A stretch of 64,000 nucleotides of DNA from Gammaproteobacteria bacterium (lineage in GTDB: Bacteria > Pseudomonadota > Gammaproteobacteria > Ga0077536), in NCBI GenBank assembly GCA_963662545.2, contig CAXXLL010000003.1, positions 2,464,001-2,528,000 on the forward strand. The letters are read 5' to 3'. A program made the translations under genes and the position numbers. The notes beneath the pieces are model-generated. The model was not told the origin of the DNA. It worked only from the letters and a program-made list of their open reading frames with translations, and ran no database searches. Positions 11,653 through 22,728 of this stretch are shown in pieces. Numbering within the stretch: position 1 is the first letter of the stretch; every line of letters begins with the position of its first letter.

Positions 11653-11859
11653 AATCGATTGGCGTCTCCCTGATTGCGAGTCTGTCATCGAGCTGTGCTC
11701 GTCCGAAAACGAGCGGACGCGCCACGACCAGATCTGAAATGCCCGTGACCGCAGTCCGCGTAATTCTCCACTCTGAGGAGACGATGACCGAGCCGAAACA
11801 GATTGTCGCAGTGCCCATCGGCGCTTAGGCATCGTTGCGCTTGACCATCCAAACGAAAC

Positions 11860-12180
11860 CCGCACATCTATCTTTACTTGCTCTCAAGTCGGTTCGTGCG
11901 AAACTTCCGCTCGGTTGTTTGCGTACCGATCTTGGAGGGTATCAACAAGATCGCCGTGTCGATCAGCGGCTCGCCAAAGATAACGACGTTGACATCGGTT
12001 TGAAACGACAACCTCGCTGAGAAACCAGCGCTCGCCTCGAGGTCCGTTAGATTTCTTGATCCGCCGAACGTACTCCGGATCGAATGTCAGACACCACTGT
12101 CGAATGTTTCGTAAGACATCGCAATACCACGTTCCACCAAAATGTCCTCGACGTCCCGGTAGCTGAGCGTGAAACACCCG
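11860..12180 (-). mobile_element. Degenerate IS6 family remnant
   Basis: WFLSEV...RYLWRAADRHGDLVD...YANNRAEVSHEPT resembles the IS6 DDE core. Confidence 0.7.
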
Positions 12181-12251
12181 CAGTGTGATTTTGATTCATG
12201 GGGACCGACCTAATCGATCAACACCGGAAAAATAAGTCGGTCCTCACTTTT

Positions 12252-14576
12252 TCAGAATTGGTACTGTATGGAACCGACGACCCGCCGGGGCTGCTCCAAG
12301 GTGCCGACGATGGCAGCGCCCGGGCTCACACCGCCTGGATTAACCAATGCTCCCCCGGCGAAATTCGGCAATTCTTGAGCGTCGATGTAATAGTCCTCAT
12401 CGAAAATATTTTCGACATGGAGGCCAATCTCCCAATTGCGCCACTCTATCCATGCACCCAGGTCGACGACCACAAATTCAGGGTTATTCCAAAACGGATA
12501 ATCGTCGCCCGGTGCATCAAAGAACTGCGCGTTCGTGGTCGCTGAGCCTTTATGGCGCACCTGTAGGCGGCTATTGAGGCGCATTTCGTGCTGCAGCTCG
12601 GTGTTGAATTGAATGGATCCCGTTGCACCGAAATCGGCTGTGTTGGGTGGGGTGGTTCCCGAAAGATCCGCACCGTTAACCGGCGAGATGACACCACTGT
12701 CCCACTCCGCATCGATGTAGCCCAAGCTCCCGTTAAGCGTCCAATGGTCGTCGAAGTAATACGTTATATCTAGTTCAACGCCCAAATTTTCGGAATCACC
12801 GACATTGATAATGCCTTCGACGAAAGCACCGGTAACGGGGTCTGTAGTCTGAAGCTCGAATTGGCGATCCCTGTAATCGATCAGAAAACCCGCCAGGGTA
12901 ACGACCACGCGGTCATCAAACAGCCGCCCCTTGTAGCCGATTTCGTACTGCGTTGCATGTTCCGCCCCGAAATCCAACAAACCACCGGCGGCGAAGCCGC
13001 TTAAGTTGAAATCGCCAGGTTCAAAACCCTGGGCGGCGTTTACGTACAACATATGTCGCTCGTCACCGGAATACCACGCAAGCGAGGCCCGCCCCAACAA
13101 TTCTGTTAGGACCTGCCGCCCAGCTTCGCCGGTAGCCCTATTGGTTCGCTCTGCTTCCCAACGGTCGACGCGCAATCCGCCTGCAATCTCGAAGTTTCTC
13201 CAGCGGTAGGAGCTATTCGCATAGCCGGCATACTGTTCGCGTTCACGGTGGCTGTGCTCTAATGGATCGGCGAGAAACACTGCGGACTCGGTCGCGTCAA
13301 GCGGGGGTGGTACTGGTAAGGGGAAACCTAAAAATCCCGCCCCACCGCGGAACAATAAGTCCGAGTCAAACTTTCTGCGGTATTCCAATAGATAGCCGCC
13401 GACCTGCCATTGCCATGGCCCAGCGTGCGTTGAAGTAAATCGCAACTCCTGGGTGATCACGTCCAACCGTTGAGGCCGGAAAATATCGAGGATGAATTCC
13501 GGATTAGCGTCGAGGTCAGTATCGCGATCGGAATCGGTGTCCGTATAAGAGGTAAGCGAGGTGATAGTAAACCAGTCGAAGTCGTAAGCGAGTTCCAAGG
13601 TAGCCGCGAAGGTTTCCCGGTCGTGGCGTGGACTGAAGCTAAAGTCAACTTCATCGCCGTATTCAAAGTTGCCACTGAGCTCTTGGAGCCAGACGTTGTT
13701 GGGCCCATCGAGCTCGTTCCAGCGAAACGTCGCATAGACATTGAACCGCTCGGTTATATCACCTGCCACGGCGACGCGAATACCGTACTCGTCGTATTCA
13801 CTAACGTCGTCGTCGGCTGTGCTGAGGCCACCGTTAGCACGGGGTGAACGACGATTGGTGTAGTACCCGTCGTCAGCTGAATAGAATCCGAAAACCCGCA
13901 CGGCCCACGTGTTTCCGAGCGGAATGTTCACTCGAGCGTCGACGTCGTAATAATGGTCTTCACCGGCGCGAGTCTTGATAGTGCTCGAAAATGCCTCCGG
14001 ATCCGGTCGCTTGGAGACGAATTTCACCGCGCCGCCAATATTCGCTCCGCCATACAGAATGCCCTGCGGCCCTTTCAGTACTTCGATTCGCTCGAGATCA
14101 CCGAACCGCGACGACGCATCCGCAAACAGTTGTACGCCATCCAGATAAAATCCGGTCCCCTGGGTGTTGCCAAACCCACCCAAGCCACGAATCGAGACGT
14201 TCGGGAAACCATCCGTCCGCCGACTCAAATATAAATTAGGCACCAAAAGCCCGATATCGGAGAGCCCGTTGATGTTGGCCTGCTCGACCATCTCCCCGGA
14301 AAAAGTTTGAATGGACTCCGGGATCTCCAGCAGGTTCTCTTCGCGCTTCCGGGCCGTTACAAGAACCTCTTCCAATATCGGTCCGGATTGCGCTTCCGCT
14401 GTCGATTCGGTTTGCGCCATGACCGCCTGACTCGATACCAACAAGACCGGCGACGCGATCACAAGAGCGGCGGCGAATGCCGCGAGCCCGCAGGCGGATC
14501 CGGCATGAACGTTTGTCTTATCGTGAAAATTTCCCGCGCGGATGCTCGTCCATTTTTCGGCGACGTACTTCATCAT
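12252..14576 (-). CDS. TonB-dependent receptor
   Basis: LEEVLVTARKREE TonB box, IEVLKGPQGILYG plug motif, C-terminal YQF; 774 aa. Confidence 0.95.
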   Translation of the reverse strand: MMKYVAEKWTSIRAGNFHDKTNVHAGSACGLAAFAAALVIASPVLLVSSQAVMAQTESTAEAQSGPILEEVLVTARKREENLLEIPESIQTFSGEMVEQANINGLSDIGLLVPNLYLSRRTDGFPNVSIRGLGGFGNTQGTGFYLDGVQLFADASSRFGDLERIEVLKGPQGILYGGANIGGAVKFVSKRPDPEAFSSTIKTRAGEDHYYDVDARVNIPLGNTWAVRVFGFYSADDGYYTNRRSPRANGGLSTADDDVSEYDEYGIRVAVAGDITERFNVYATFRWNELDGPNNVWLQELSGNFEYGDEVDFSFSPRHDRETFAATLELAYDFDWFTITSLTSYTDTDSDRDTDLDANPEFILDIFRPQRLDVITQELRFTSTHAGPWQWQVGGYLLEYRRKFDSDLLFRGGAGFLGFPLPVPPPLDATESAVFLADPLEHSHREREQYAGYANSSYRWRNFEIAGGLRVDRWEAERTNRATGEAGRQVLTELLGRASLAWYSGDERHMLYVNAAQGFEPGDFNLSGFAAGGLLDFGAEHATQYEIGYKGRLFDDRVVVTLAGFLIDYRDRQFELQTTDPVTGAFVEGIINVGDSENLGVELDITYYFDDHWTLNGSLGYIDAEWDSGVISPVNGADLSGTTPPNTADFGATGSIQFNTELQHEMRLNSRLQVRHKGSATTNAQFFDAPGDDYPFWNNPEFVVVDLGAWIEWRNWEIGLHVENIFDEDYYIDAQELPNFAGGALVNPGGVSPGAAIVGTLEQPRRVVGSIQYQF

Positions 14577-14646
14577 CTGTATAATCCTCCCACAGGTGTC
14601 AACAGCACTGCTCCAATTGGTGTGTTGCGCCGCAGCGTGATTGACG

Positions 14647-15711
14647 TTAATACTTGGCGATGATCTCGCGACCGATTTCTGAAATCAACTCGCGCCCGTC
14701 GGTGCCGGTTACCCGGAACACCACACTCTTAGTGCCCGCCTCCTCCATCGCCTTCAGTTGCTCGATAACTTCGGCACCTGAGCCGACGAAGGTCGTGGCC
14801 CTGATTAACTCCTCTGAAACAAAACGCTTTTCCTCCGGCTTCAAATATATGAGATGCCCTTCATGAATTTCCTGATAGCGCTTCTCCATCGGGGTGGACA
14901 TCTTCATGATGCACTCGTCGCGGTAACGCTTGGCCAGGTCATACAGTGACGGCGGAGCAAAGGGACCGACCGGAATCTCGTCGGGGCTCCAAAGGGTATG
15001 GAGTCGAAGCATCGCCCACGGGCCGATCCGGTCTACGACCCGCGGTGACATCGGCGTTTCTCCGGGCCGCAACACACACCCGCCGATCAGTACGACGACG
15101 TCGAATGCGTCGCTGGTGTGGCCCGTCGCTTCTATGTCCTTGATTCCATTGCGCACGAACTCAGGGTCGTTGGTCAGCGTAATCCAGCCTTCGGCCTTGA
15201 GTTCGCCAGTAGTCCTGATCGCGTTGGGGCCGTTCGCCGCAACATAGACCGGAATCGGGTCGTGCATATTGACGAAACCCATGTCGGGATGTAGATGGCG
15301 GATTTCGCGAGCGCGCTTGCCCTCGCGATAGGTGGCCTCCTCGCCCGCCACCATCTTGCGGAACACCGCGACATCGTCCCTGACCACACGCCACGGCTGC
15401 GCCGGCATCCCCATTACGTTACGCGCGCTGAAGCCGCTGCCGACGCCGTAGATGATACGGCCCGGGGCGAGCTCGTTGAGCGTCGCCATCGCCGTGACAA
15501 CCGTCGGAGTGGCCCGATTGCCGGCGATTATCACAAATGTCCCCAACTTGATGTGGCTGGTGTGCTCGGCGGCCAACGCCATCGTGCAGAAGACGTCACT
15601 GTAGCACATGTGCGAGTCGTCAAACCACGCGTGGTCAAAGCCGCAATCTTCGGCCCGCTTTACATCCTCCCAAGCGCGGATGTAAGTGGGAAAACTGACA
15701 CCAAATTCCAT
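14647..15711 (-). CDS. LLM class flavin-dependent oxidoreductase
   Basis: AEDCGFDHAWFDDSH, TLNELAPGR and PVYVAANGP motifs. Confidence 0.92.
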   Translation of the reverse strand: MEFGVSFPTYIRAWEDVKRAEDCGFDHAWFDDSHMCYSDVFCTMALAAEHTSHIKLGTFVIIAGNRATPTVVTAMATLNELAPGRIIYGVGSGFSARNVMGMPAQPWRVVRDDVAVFRKMVAGEEATYREGKRAREIRHLHPDMGFVNMHDPIPVYVAANGPNAIRTTGELKAEGWITLTNDPEFVRNGIKDIEATGHTSDAFDVVVLIGGCVLRPGETPMSPRVVDRIGPWAMLRLHTLWSPDEIPVGPFAPPSLYDLAKRYRDECIMKMSTPMEKRYQEIHEGHLIYLKPEEKRFVSEELIRATTFVGSGAEVIEQLKAMEEAGTKSVVFRVTGTDGRELISEIGREIIAKY

Positions 15712-16035
15712 GATAACCCCCCTGTTGTTAGAAGGGATGGTTCGGCTTAAGCCCGGTCTCCGTCCCGGTTCGGCAGTCGGTCTCCGTCCATTTCAATGCG
15801 CCCGCTTAGGCCCGCCCTTCTTGATGTTTCCGGCTAGATTATCATCCCAATAATGCAATTACGAGCGATTACCAGCCAATGATCCCAATCGTAACCAGTG
15901 CAAGGATCGTTACAGCACGTTGGGTTCTTAAACGGGCTGAGAGCCCAGGAGAAGGTTCGGCTGAAATGACGGGCAGAAAAGCGTCGATCCGGCCTTACCC
16001 GATGTCGAGGGTGAGTCGGGTAAAGCGAAAACAGA

Positions 16036-16662
16036 TCAAACGGCCTCGCCCTGCCAGTCGAATGGGGCGAAATGACCGTTCGTACGTTCTTCGTTGTCTT
16101 CCCACTCAATGCCAAAGCATCGGATTACATTTTTCACAGCGGTAGCCAGGTTAAGCCGCCGGTTTGCCGGGTGGCGGGTATTATCAATACATACGAATTC
16201 GCCCGGTTTCGCGACGCTCTCAACACCTACGAGCGATTGATCGATCATGCCGTCGACAACCACGCTGACGTTGCCGCCACTTTTTTCAAATTTTATCTCG
16301 GCGCGTTCGACCCCGCGAAAATCGGATATCAGCGAGGCAAGCCGTCCCAATGGACCATTACCTTCCACGCTCGCGATCACGGCAACACCGGCAGCCTGCT
16401 CATCACTGGCGCCGTGATCGATGATCAAACCGGCGATCCATTCGCCATGCGACATAATGGCCTTGGTTTCGGCGACCAGGATAAACTGCACCCCGGCCAT
16501 CGACGTCGTGCCGTAGTAACCTTCGCGAATTTCAAATGCTAGCGCGACTTTGCAGGAGTCGTGCGTTGCGGGTGTCGTTGAATTCCTTGGGATACACGGA
16601 CACAAGAAGTCGCAATTGCATGCTTCCATATACTCACCCGAAGCGGACCATGACGTGGACAC
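16036..16662 (-). CDS. DUF1326 domain protein
   Basis: GEYMEACNCDFLCPC N-terminus and NGHFAPFDW C-terminus. Confidence 0.85.
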   Translation of the reverse strand: MSTSWSASGEYMEACNCDFLCPCIPRNSTTPATHDSCKVALAFEIREGYYGTTSMAGVQFILVAETKAIMSHGEWIAGLIIDHGASDEQAAGVAVIASVEGNGPLGRLASLISDFRGVERAEIKFEKSGGNVSVVVDGMIDQSLVGVESVAKPGEFVCIDNTRHPANRRLNLATAVKNVIRCFGIEWEDNEERTNGHFAPFDWQGEAV

Positions 16663-17006
16663 TATGACTTCCCCTTTTCAGTTTCGGTTTTCGATGCTGG
16701 TATAGATTATAGATTAAGGGGTGAAGTCAACCGCGCGTAAGTCGGGGTGTACGCCACCAACAATGAGCGCCTACGCTTCTAGCGCGTCAAGGCACCGACA
16801 AACGTGGAACTGGAAACGCTTGTGCAACGCCTCAGCGTGCGCATCGGCCGGCACCGTGAGTGCCAGGGCCTGCTGGTCCGGGATATCGACAACACTTATC
16901 TCGCCTTCGAGCCGCACGATAACGAAAGCATGGCCCGACTCGCTCCGCTCATCCCTGAACCGCGGGTCAATCTCATTAGGTGCAGGTGGCGAGGCTCGCG
17001 GCGGCG

Positions 17007-17477
17007 TCAAGCGCCGTTCTCGGCACCTTCTTCGAGGTTCTCCGTGGCGTCGCTCTTGGGTTTTCTCGAAAAGAGCTCGTAGAGGCCTTCTAAAGGACCG
17101 ACTTCGGTACCGTCGAGTTTCTTTATGCCCCGGATCAAGCTGCGCTGCGAAAAGCTGCCTCTGACGATGATCCCGTCCATACCGAACCCGCACAGCCGGC
17201 CGTCACGGTTGCCGTCTTCAAAGGCGATCGCGTCCCGGAATCTCAGGCCGTGGAGCGGGAACGACAAGGTTACGACGTACGGCTGCCTGCGCGACGGCGA
17301 CCATACGATCAGATTGCGGTCATCGAGAACCTTCCAGTTCTGGATACTGCGAAAGAACATGCAATCGTTGTCGGCGGTGAGATAGTGTTTCCCGTCGTCG
17401 TCGGCTGCCGCCGGACCGCTGAACGCGGCCAGACAGAGCAGGGCACCGGGGAGAAAGTGCTTACAACTCGTCTTCAT
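17007..17477 (-). CDS. DUF6491-like secreted protein
   Basis: Signal peptide followed by CMFFRSIQNWKVLDDRNLIV...GRLCG. Confidence 0.65.
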   Translation of the reverse strand: MKTSCKHFLPGALLCLAAFSGPAAADDDGKHYLTADNDCMFFRSIQNWKVLDDRNLIVWSPSRRQPYVVTLSFPLHGLRFRDAIAFEDGNRDGRLCGFGMDGIIVRGSFSQRSLIRGIKKLDGTEVGPLEGLYELFSRKPKSDATENLEEGAENGA

Positions 17478-17570
17478 CGATGCTCTCGTAATGGCGGGGG
17501 TGCGTCCCGCCTCGTAATATAGACAGACGCCAGGCACGTATAGTTCGTATATCTGAGTACCGCGCATACC

Positions 17571-18182
17571 GTGATCCGTTCAATCTGTCGGGCAAAGTTG
17601 GCGATAGGTCTGCTGCTGCTGGCGGCTGCAGGCGCTGCCGTGGAAGACCAGACCACTTCGGCCGGTCCGGACAGCAGGTCGGCAATCGCCGCATTCGAAA
17701 CCGCGTTGGCGGCGCTGGAACGCGACGGCGGCGCGCAGGATCCCGGGCTGACCGAGCTGCTGATCGGTCTGGCCAGGAGCTACGAAGGGGCACGTCGGGA
17801 GAGCGAGGCGTTGCAGGCGTACCGGCGTGCCTGGCATGTCCAGCGCATCAACGTCGGCCTGCACAACTTGCAGCAGGAGCCACTCGTCGATGCGATCATC
17901 GCGCTCGAGGCCAGGCGCCACAACTGGGAAGCCGTGGCGGACAGCCATGACTACCTGCTGTGGCTTTACCGCCGCAACTACAGCGACCACGATCCGCGCT
18001 GGCTGCCTGCGGCGAAACGGCTGCGCCGCTGGCACCTCGACGCCTACCGATTACCCACCGGCCGTGAGTTCAGCGACCACCTGGATGCGCAGATCTGGTT
18101 GTACCGAAAAGCCATCGACATCATCGAGACGCACACCGGTGATCGCAGACTCGCGCAGTGTTTCTGGGATGAACGTTGTTGA
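17571..18182 (+). CDS. Secreted TPR-like protein, copy 1
   Basis: Signal peptide and QRINVGLHNLQQEPL; related to the N-terminus of 9454-10669; duplicated at 22785-23379. Confidence 0.7.
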   Translation: MIRSICRAKLAIGLLLLAAAGAAVEDQTTSAGPDSRSAIAAFETALAALERDGGAQDPGLTELLIGLARSYEGARRESEALQAYRRAWHVQRINVGLHNLQQEPLVDAIIALEARRHNWEAVADSHDYLLWLYRRNYSDHDPRWLPAAKRLRRWHLDAYRLPTGREFSDHLDAQIWLYRKAIDIIETHTGDRRLAQCFWDERC

Positions 18183-18189
18183 GAGTCGG

Positions 18190-18315
18190 CCCACGCGAAG
18201 CATCCTTGCCGGCCTGAACGGCATCACGCTGTCGTGGGTGAATTATCTCGACGATCTGAAGCAATTCGAACAGACCGTGCTCCCGCTGCTGCGGGAAGTC
18301 CGCCTCAGGGAATGA
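18190..18315 (+). pseudogene. LLM monooxygenase C-terminal fragment
   Basis: AGLNGITLSWVNYLDDLKQFEQTVLPLL resembles a RutA/SsuD-like C-terminus. Confidence 0.6.
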
Positions 18316-18414
18316 ACTAGCCCGGATATTTCACCAGTACGCGGGATGATCGCGCCGGCGAGGTTCGACGGAGCGCAAGACCCCATACCGCGATGGGACT
18401 ACACACGTCATCTT

Positions 18415-18485
18415 TATTCCGGGCATCCTGCCCCCCACCCTTCGGGCCAGCCTACGGCTGTTCAAAATCGCTCCCGGCGATTTTG
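18415..18485 (+). repeat. 71-bp multi-hairpin insertion element, copy 1
   Basis: Removal restores THVIF-EAL; CCCTTCGGG hairpin and terminal CAAAATCG...CGATTTTG stem. Confidence 0.85.
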
Positions 18486-18500
18486 TGAGGCGCTGGAATT

Positions 18501-18571
18501 GATGGCGCACTTCCCTGTGCGCCACCCTTCGGGCGACCTCCGGTCTTCCAATTTCATTCCCGATGAAATTG
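18501..18571 (+). repeat. 71-bp multi-hairpin insertion element, copy 2
   Basis: GGCGCAC/GTGCGCC stem, CCCTTCGGG hairpin, terminal CAATTTCAT...ATGAAATTG stem. Confidence 0.8.
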
Positions 18572-19376
18572 TCACGGCGTGTTCGTACCGAACAGCACAC
18601 ACCGCGCGCGGGTAACACCGGCCAAGCGGGGCAGGGGCGGTCAGCGTACTGCGCCGATAGATCCGGAGGAGCCGACACCGGCGGAACGCCGCGCTGCCAT
18701 GAGCTTTAAGCACAACGCCTGAAACGAGTCTTCGTCATTGACATCGAGATATTCCCGACTTGCGCGGGGCCGTGCGGATCATCGCCTGCATCGAAAACGC
18801 CGTGATCATCGAGCAGATCCTCAGCCACCTTGACAAGAGAAGTGTCGTGGCCGAATTCTCCCGGCTGCCGCCATGCCGGGCGCCACCCCACACGAGCCTG
18901 TTCGACTGAACCTGGCTGCCCAGTGAGCCACACTCACGGCTGCGATACTGAGCGTCGCGGCAAAGGTGGCAGCTGACCAGAAGGTCGGCACCCAGCGCCG
19001 GCAGTCGCGTGGCCGAGGTCAATTCGGGAGGCGTCATGTCAGTCTGAGGCACTTCATGGCTCAGAGCGACGGCCGAGCGACGAAAGCAAGGAGGGAAAGC
19101 TGCCGAAGAAAGGCCGTTTATACCGCTTACACGTGCGACCGAAGCACGACGAAACTGAGTGGATAGAGATACGGACCTGCAATCCGAATAGATCGTCCTT
19201 TCGCTTTTGCCCACACCCGACGAGATCATCCAATCTCGGCCTTCCGCCATCCCTAGTATTTGCGGAGTTCTACCGAACTCAGTTCGGATCGCGGCCCTCG
19301 CAGCCAGAAGACGTGACAGCCAATGTCACACACGGCAGCGGCGGTCGTTCTGTCCCCAGGCCCGTGAGGGGCGCGA

Positions 19377-20108
19377 TCACGTGCGATAGGCCGGGTCTTC
19401 ACGGTCGAGGTGGCGTAGGAGGGCCTGGAAGCCAACCTCGCCAAAGTTGCGGTCGCCGACGCCTTGCGCTGTCCTGACGGTGTGTTCGACCACGTCCGGC
19501 GGTGGTATGACGAGGTCTCCACCGCCCGCTTGCGCCGCGATCTGGATCTCACATGCGCGTTGGAGGTGGTCCATCAGGGTGTACGCCTCGGTGATCGTGC
19601 GGCCGTGCGTCAACGTGCCGTGGTTACGGAGAAACATCATGCGCTTGTTGCCGAGGTGCTCGACGAAACGCGGCCGCTCCTCAGCTCTGAGACCTGGACC
19701 CTCGTAATCGTGGTAGGCGAACTGTCCATGATACGTGATGCCGAACTGGTTGAGCGGCAGCAGGCCTTCTTTTTGGGCTGAGACGGCGATCCCGGCGACC
19801 GTATGTAAATGCATGACCGAGCCTGCCTCGGGAACGGCATCATAGGTGGTCTTGTGGACGATCCAGCCGGCGGCGTTCGCCTCGCCGGGCGAGGAGCCAA
19901 CGTTGTTGCCATCGCGATCGATCGTCAGCAGCGTGGACGCGGTCACCTCATCGAACAACATGCCAAAAGCGATGAAGAGGAAGCGCTCCGTTTGATCGGG
20001 CAAGCGCGCCGAGAGATGCGTGAAGATCCCATCGTCGAGGTTGCGGCGCGCAAAATCACGGTAGCATGCCGCTAGCTGGAGCCGGGTTTCCCGTTCGTCG
20101 GCAGTCAT
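19377..20108 (-). CDS. Class II aldolase/adducin family protein
   Basis: IFTHLSAR, VMHLHTVAG and LRNHGTLT motifs. Confidence 0.93.
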   Translation of the reverse strand: MTADERETRLQLAACYRDFARRNLDDGIFTHLSARLPDQTERFLFIAFGMLFDEVTASTLLTIDRDGNNVGSSPGEANAAGWIVHKTTYDAVPEAGSVMHLHTVAGIAVSAQKEGLLPLNQFGITYHGQFAYHDYEGPGLRAEERPRFVEHLGNKRMMFLRNHGTLTHGRTITEAYTLMDHLQRACEIQIAAQAGGGDLVIPPPDVVEHTVRTAQGVGDRNFGEVGFQALLRHLDREDPAYRT

Positions 20109-20387
20109 CTCACATCCCTCCTCCCAAAAACAGCCCTGGTCGCAAACCGCCTACCAGCGCCCAAACCGAAGAAATGGAAGGGCGACAGCTCGAACGTCAG
20201 GAAGACGGGCTCGTCCCGTTCGAGGTGCGGCTGCCCATCGTGCTTCCGGCGGCTCCGATCTGGGTGTATTCAGGTCGGCAGTAACGTCGATGGTCGCGCC
20301 GACGGTGACCGACGGCCGACCGCCACGCGCCGCGATCACGTTCCGGTCACCACTGCTGAGATGAATGAGCGCACGCGCTTCATCGCC

Positions 20388-21164
20388 TCAGTCCGTTCCA
20401 AAATAGAAATTCAGCATAGCGTCGGTGACCTCATGCGGACACTCGACAGGCGTCCAGTGTCCACATTCCGTAAGAATGAACATCTCGGCATCGCCGATCG
20501 ATTCCACGAGGCGCTTCACCGCAGCGGGCGGGGCAACCGCATCCTCATCGCCGGTTATGAGGAGTGTCGGGCAGGTTATCGCCGTCAGGTCTGCTGATTG
20601 TGCCGCCGACAAGGCCTCGCAGTTGCGCGCATATCCTTCCGCCGATTGGCGCACCAGCAATTCGCGCACGAAGGCGGCTCGCTCGGAATGGCTGACCTTG
20701 GTTGCCGCGGACGTTGCGACCTGGACGAGCGTGTCGCTGACGGGCCGCATGTCCTCGCTGCGCGCGGTTGCCGCCCGGTCACGAAGGGCTCCACGCGCCG
20801 GCTCGGGAGGCTCGGCGAGCGGACCCAGAAGAACGAGGCTCTTGACGCGCTGGGGCTGCGCTGCGGCAACGTGCTGGCAAACAATCGTGCCCATCGAATG
20901 TCCCGCGAGGTGCGCCGAACTGATACCGCGACTATCCATGAGCGCCACGACATCGGCCACGTGGCTGGCGATCGTGATGTCGCCCTGAGCGGGCGTGAAG
21001 CCCGAGCCTTCGAGGTCGGGCCGGATCACCGTGAAGAAACGGCGCAACGCACCAACCTGAGGTCCCCACACGTTCGCGTTGCCCCCGAGCCCATGCACCA
21101 TAATCAGGGCATCGCCTTCACCGTCCGTCTCGACCGAGTACTCTTTGTCGTTGAGCGATTCCAT
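20388..21164 (-). CDS. Alpha/beta hydrolase (enol-lactonase-like)
   Basis: MVHGLGG, GHSMG, GDEDAVAP and CGHWTPVE motifs. Confidence 0.9.
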   Translation of the reverse strand: MESLNDKEYSVETDGEGDALIMVHGLGGNANVWGPQVGALRRFFTVIRPDLEGSGFTPAQGDITIASHVADVVALMDSRGISSAHLAGHSMGTIVCQHVAAAQPQRVKSLVLLGPLAEPPEPARGALRDRAATARSEDMRPVSDTLVQVATSAATKVSHSERAAFVRELLVRQSAEGYARNCEALSAAQSADLTAITCPTLLITGDEDAVAPPAAVKRLVESIGDAEMFILTECGHWTPVECPHEVTDAMLNFYFGTD

Positions 21165-21397
21165 CTCACCCCCCCAAGCTTCGCATGAGACGTAACAGCG
21201 CATACTTGCAGAATTGGCCGCAGGTGACGAGGGGGTGTCGTCCTGCCCCGACAGCCTGAGGCCACCCGTGCTACTGGATATCAGGCGTGGACGGCCTTTG
21301 GATTCTGGCGCCGAACTCGGCGCTGGCGGCGTTGCCGCGCTTGGAAATAGAACCACTAACGCGTGCGCACGGCGCCTTGCCTAAGAAAATGATATGG

Positions 21398-21446
21398 CCG
21401 ATTTCAGGGCGCAACACGGCCTCGTATAATTTTGAGACCGCTTCTA
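21398..21446. repeat. 49-bp inverted repeat, left copy
   Basis: 46/49 identical to the reverse complement of 22729-22777. Confidence 0.9.
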
Positions 21447-22682
21447 TAGATGATCGTAGTCCTCGAGGGCGATCGAATTCGCCGCCTTCTGGATGAGGTC
21501 ACCGATTGAACCTTCGGGCGGCGCGTCCGGCGGCGCGTCGCGCATCGCCCGCAGCGCCGCATTCTGCTCTTCGATTTCTTCCCACGTTTGCGGTAGCTGC
21601 ACTTCCTTGGCCTTCAACGCGATTTCCTGGTTCTGCCGCATGTAAGCCCGACACAGTTGTTCGTAACGGACGTAGGCCGCGCGATAGTCGCCTGCGGCGG
21701 CTGCCAGTTCGCCTGCAAGGACATATGCGCCGACGAACGCCATGCTCGTACCCTGCCCCGTGATCAGGGTCGGAGCGTAACCCGCATCACCCACGAGTGC
21801 GATCCGGCCCTTCGACCAGGCATCCATGCGGATTTGACTGGCGTCGTCGAAATAGAAGTCTGGCGCGTGCCGCATCTCCGCCATCAACCGTGGGAAGTGC
21901 CACCCGGCTTCCGACGCGTACGTTTTCGCGACGATAGCCATTTGCTCTTCAATGTCGTGATGGTCGTAGTCAATTTTCGGGCAGGAAAATATGATCAAGG
22001 CGCGAGTGTGTTTACCGGTTCCGTACTGCATGACGGCGGCCATCTTTTTCGGCACGTAATGCATCAACCAGACACGGTCGAGATTGAGAAAGTTCGGGAT
22101 CGTGAAAACCGCTACATGCTGGCCCAGGTAATGACTGAATTGTGCTTCTTCGCCGAAGCACAATGCTCGGACGTTGGAATGTGAGCCGTCCGCGCCGATC
22201 ACGAGATCAAATCTTCGCGTGGCGCCGTACTCGAAGCCGACCTCTACCCCATCGTCACGCTCGCACAGCGACGTAATCGAATCACCGAAAATATAGTCGA
22301 CCTTATCTTTCGTGGCCGCGTAAAGGATCTGGGCCAGATCGTCACGCAGCAGTTCAACGTCACCGGCCTCGCCACCACCCGCTCCAAAGTTCGCGTCTAT
22401 ACTCGCCAGCGTTTCGTCATCGCCGCCGACAAACAAGATTTCGCGCAGGTCCGTGCCCGCACTGCGTACATCGGCGATGATGCCCATGCGTTCAGCGACG
22501 TCAACGGCGGCACCACGTAGATCGATCGCGTAGCCGCCGGTACGCAGCGCGGGGGATCGCTCCACTACGGTGGGCTTAAATCCGTATCGTTCTAACCAAT
22601 AAGCGAGACAGGGGCCGGCCGCGCTCGCACCGGAAATAAGGACAGTCATGGGCTCCTGTTGATGGCCGTTCTTCTTGTTCAT
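21444..22682 (-). CDS. Class A FAD-dependent monooxygenase (tetracycline-destructase-like family)
   Basis: LISGASAAG, RTGGYAIDLRG, DLVIGADG, DFYFD and GDAGYAP...GQG motifs. Confidence 0.9.
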   Translation of the reverse strand: MNKKNGHQQEPMTVLISGASAAGPCLAYWLERYGFKPTVVERSPALRTGGYAIDLRGAAVDVAERMGIIADVRSAGTDLREILFVGGDDETLASIDANFGAGGGEAGDVELLRDDLAQILYAATKDKVDYIFGDSITSLCERDDGVEVGFEYGATRRFDLVIGADGSHSNVRALCFGEEAQFSHYLGQHVAVFTIPNFLNLDRVWLMHYVPKKMAAVMQYGTGKHTRALIIFSCPKIDYDHHDIEEQMAIVAKTYASEAGWHFPRLMAEMRHAPDFYFDDASQIRMDAWSKGRIALVGDAGYAPTLITGQGTSMAFVGAYVLAGELAAAAGDYRAAYVRYEQLCRAYMRQNQEIALKAKEVQLPQTWEEIEEQNAALRAMRDAPPDAPPEGSIGDLIQKAANSIALEDYDHL

Positions 22683-22728
22683 GAGGCGCTCCTTCGTCCT
22701 GGAATTGTTGTTGGTCCAAAATACTAAT

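Larger units (their letters stand above)
18340..19132 (+). mobile_element. IS91/ISCR remnant with two hairpin inserts and an oriIS-like end
   Basis: [33 protein letters not shown] and APPHTSLFD segments; ends AGGCCGTTTATACCGCTTACAC. Confidence 0.85.

Noticed and set aside
15754-15790. 12-bp direct repeat CGGTCTCCGTCC
   Set aside because: Only two copies and no supporting context; may be an operator but cannot be supported
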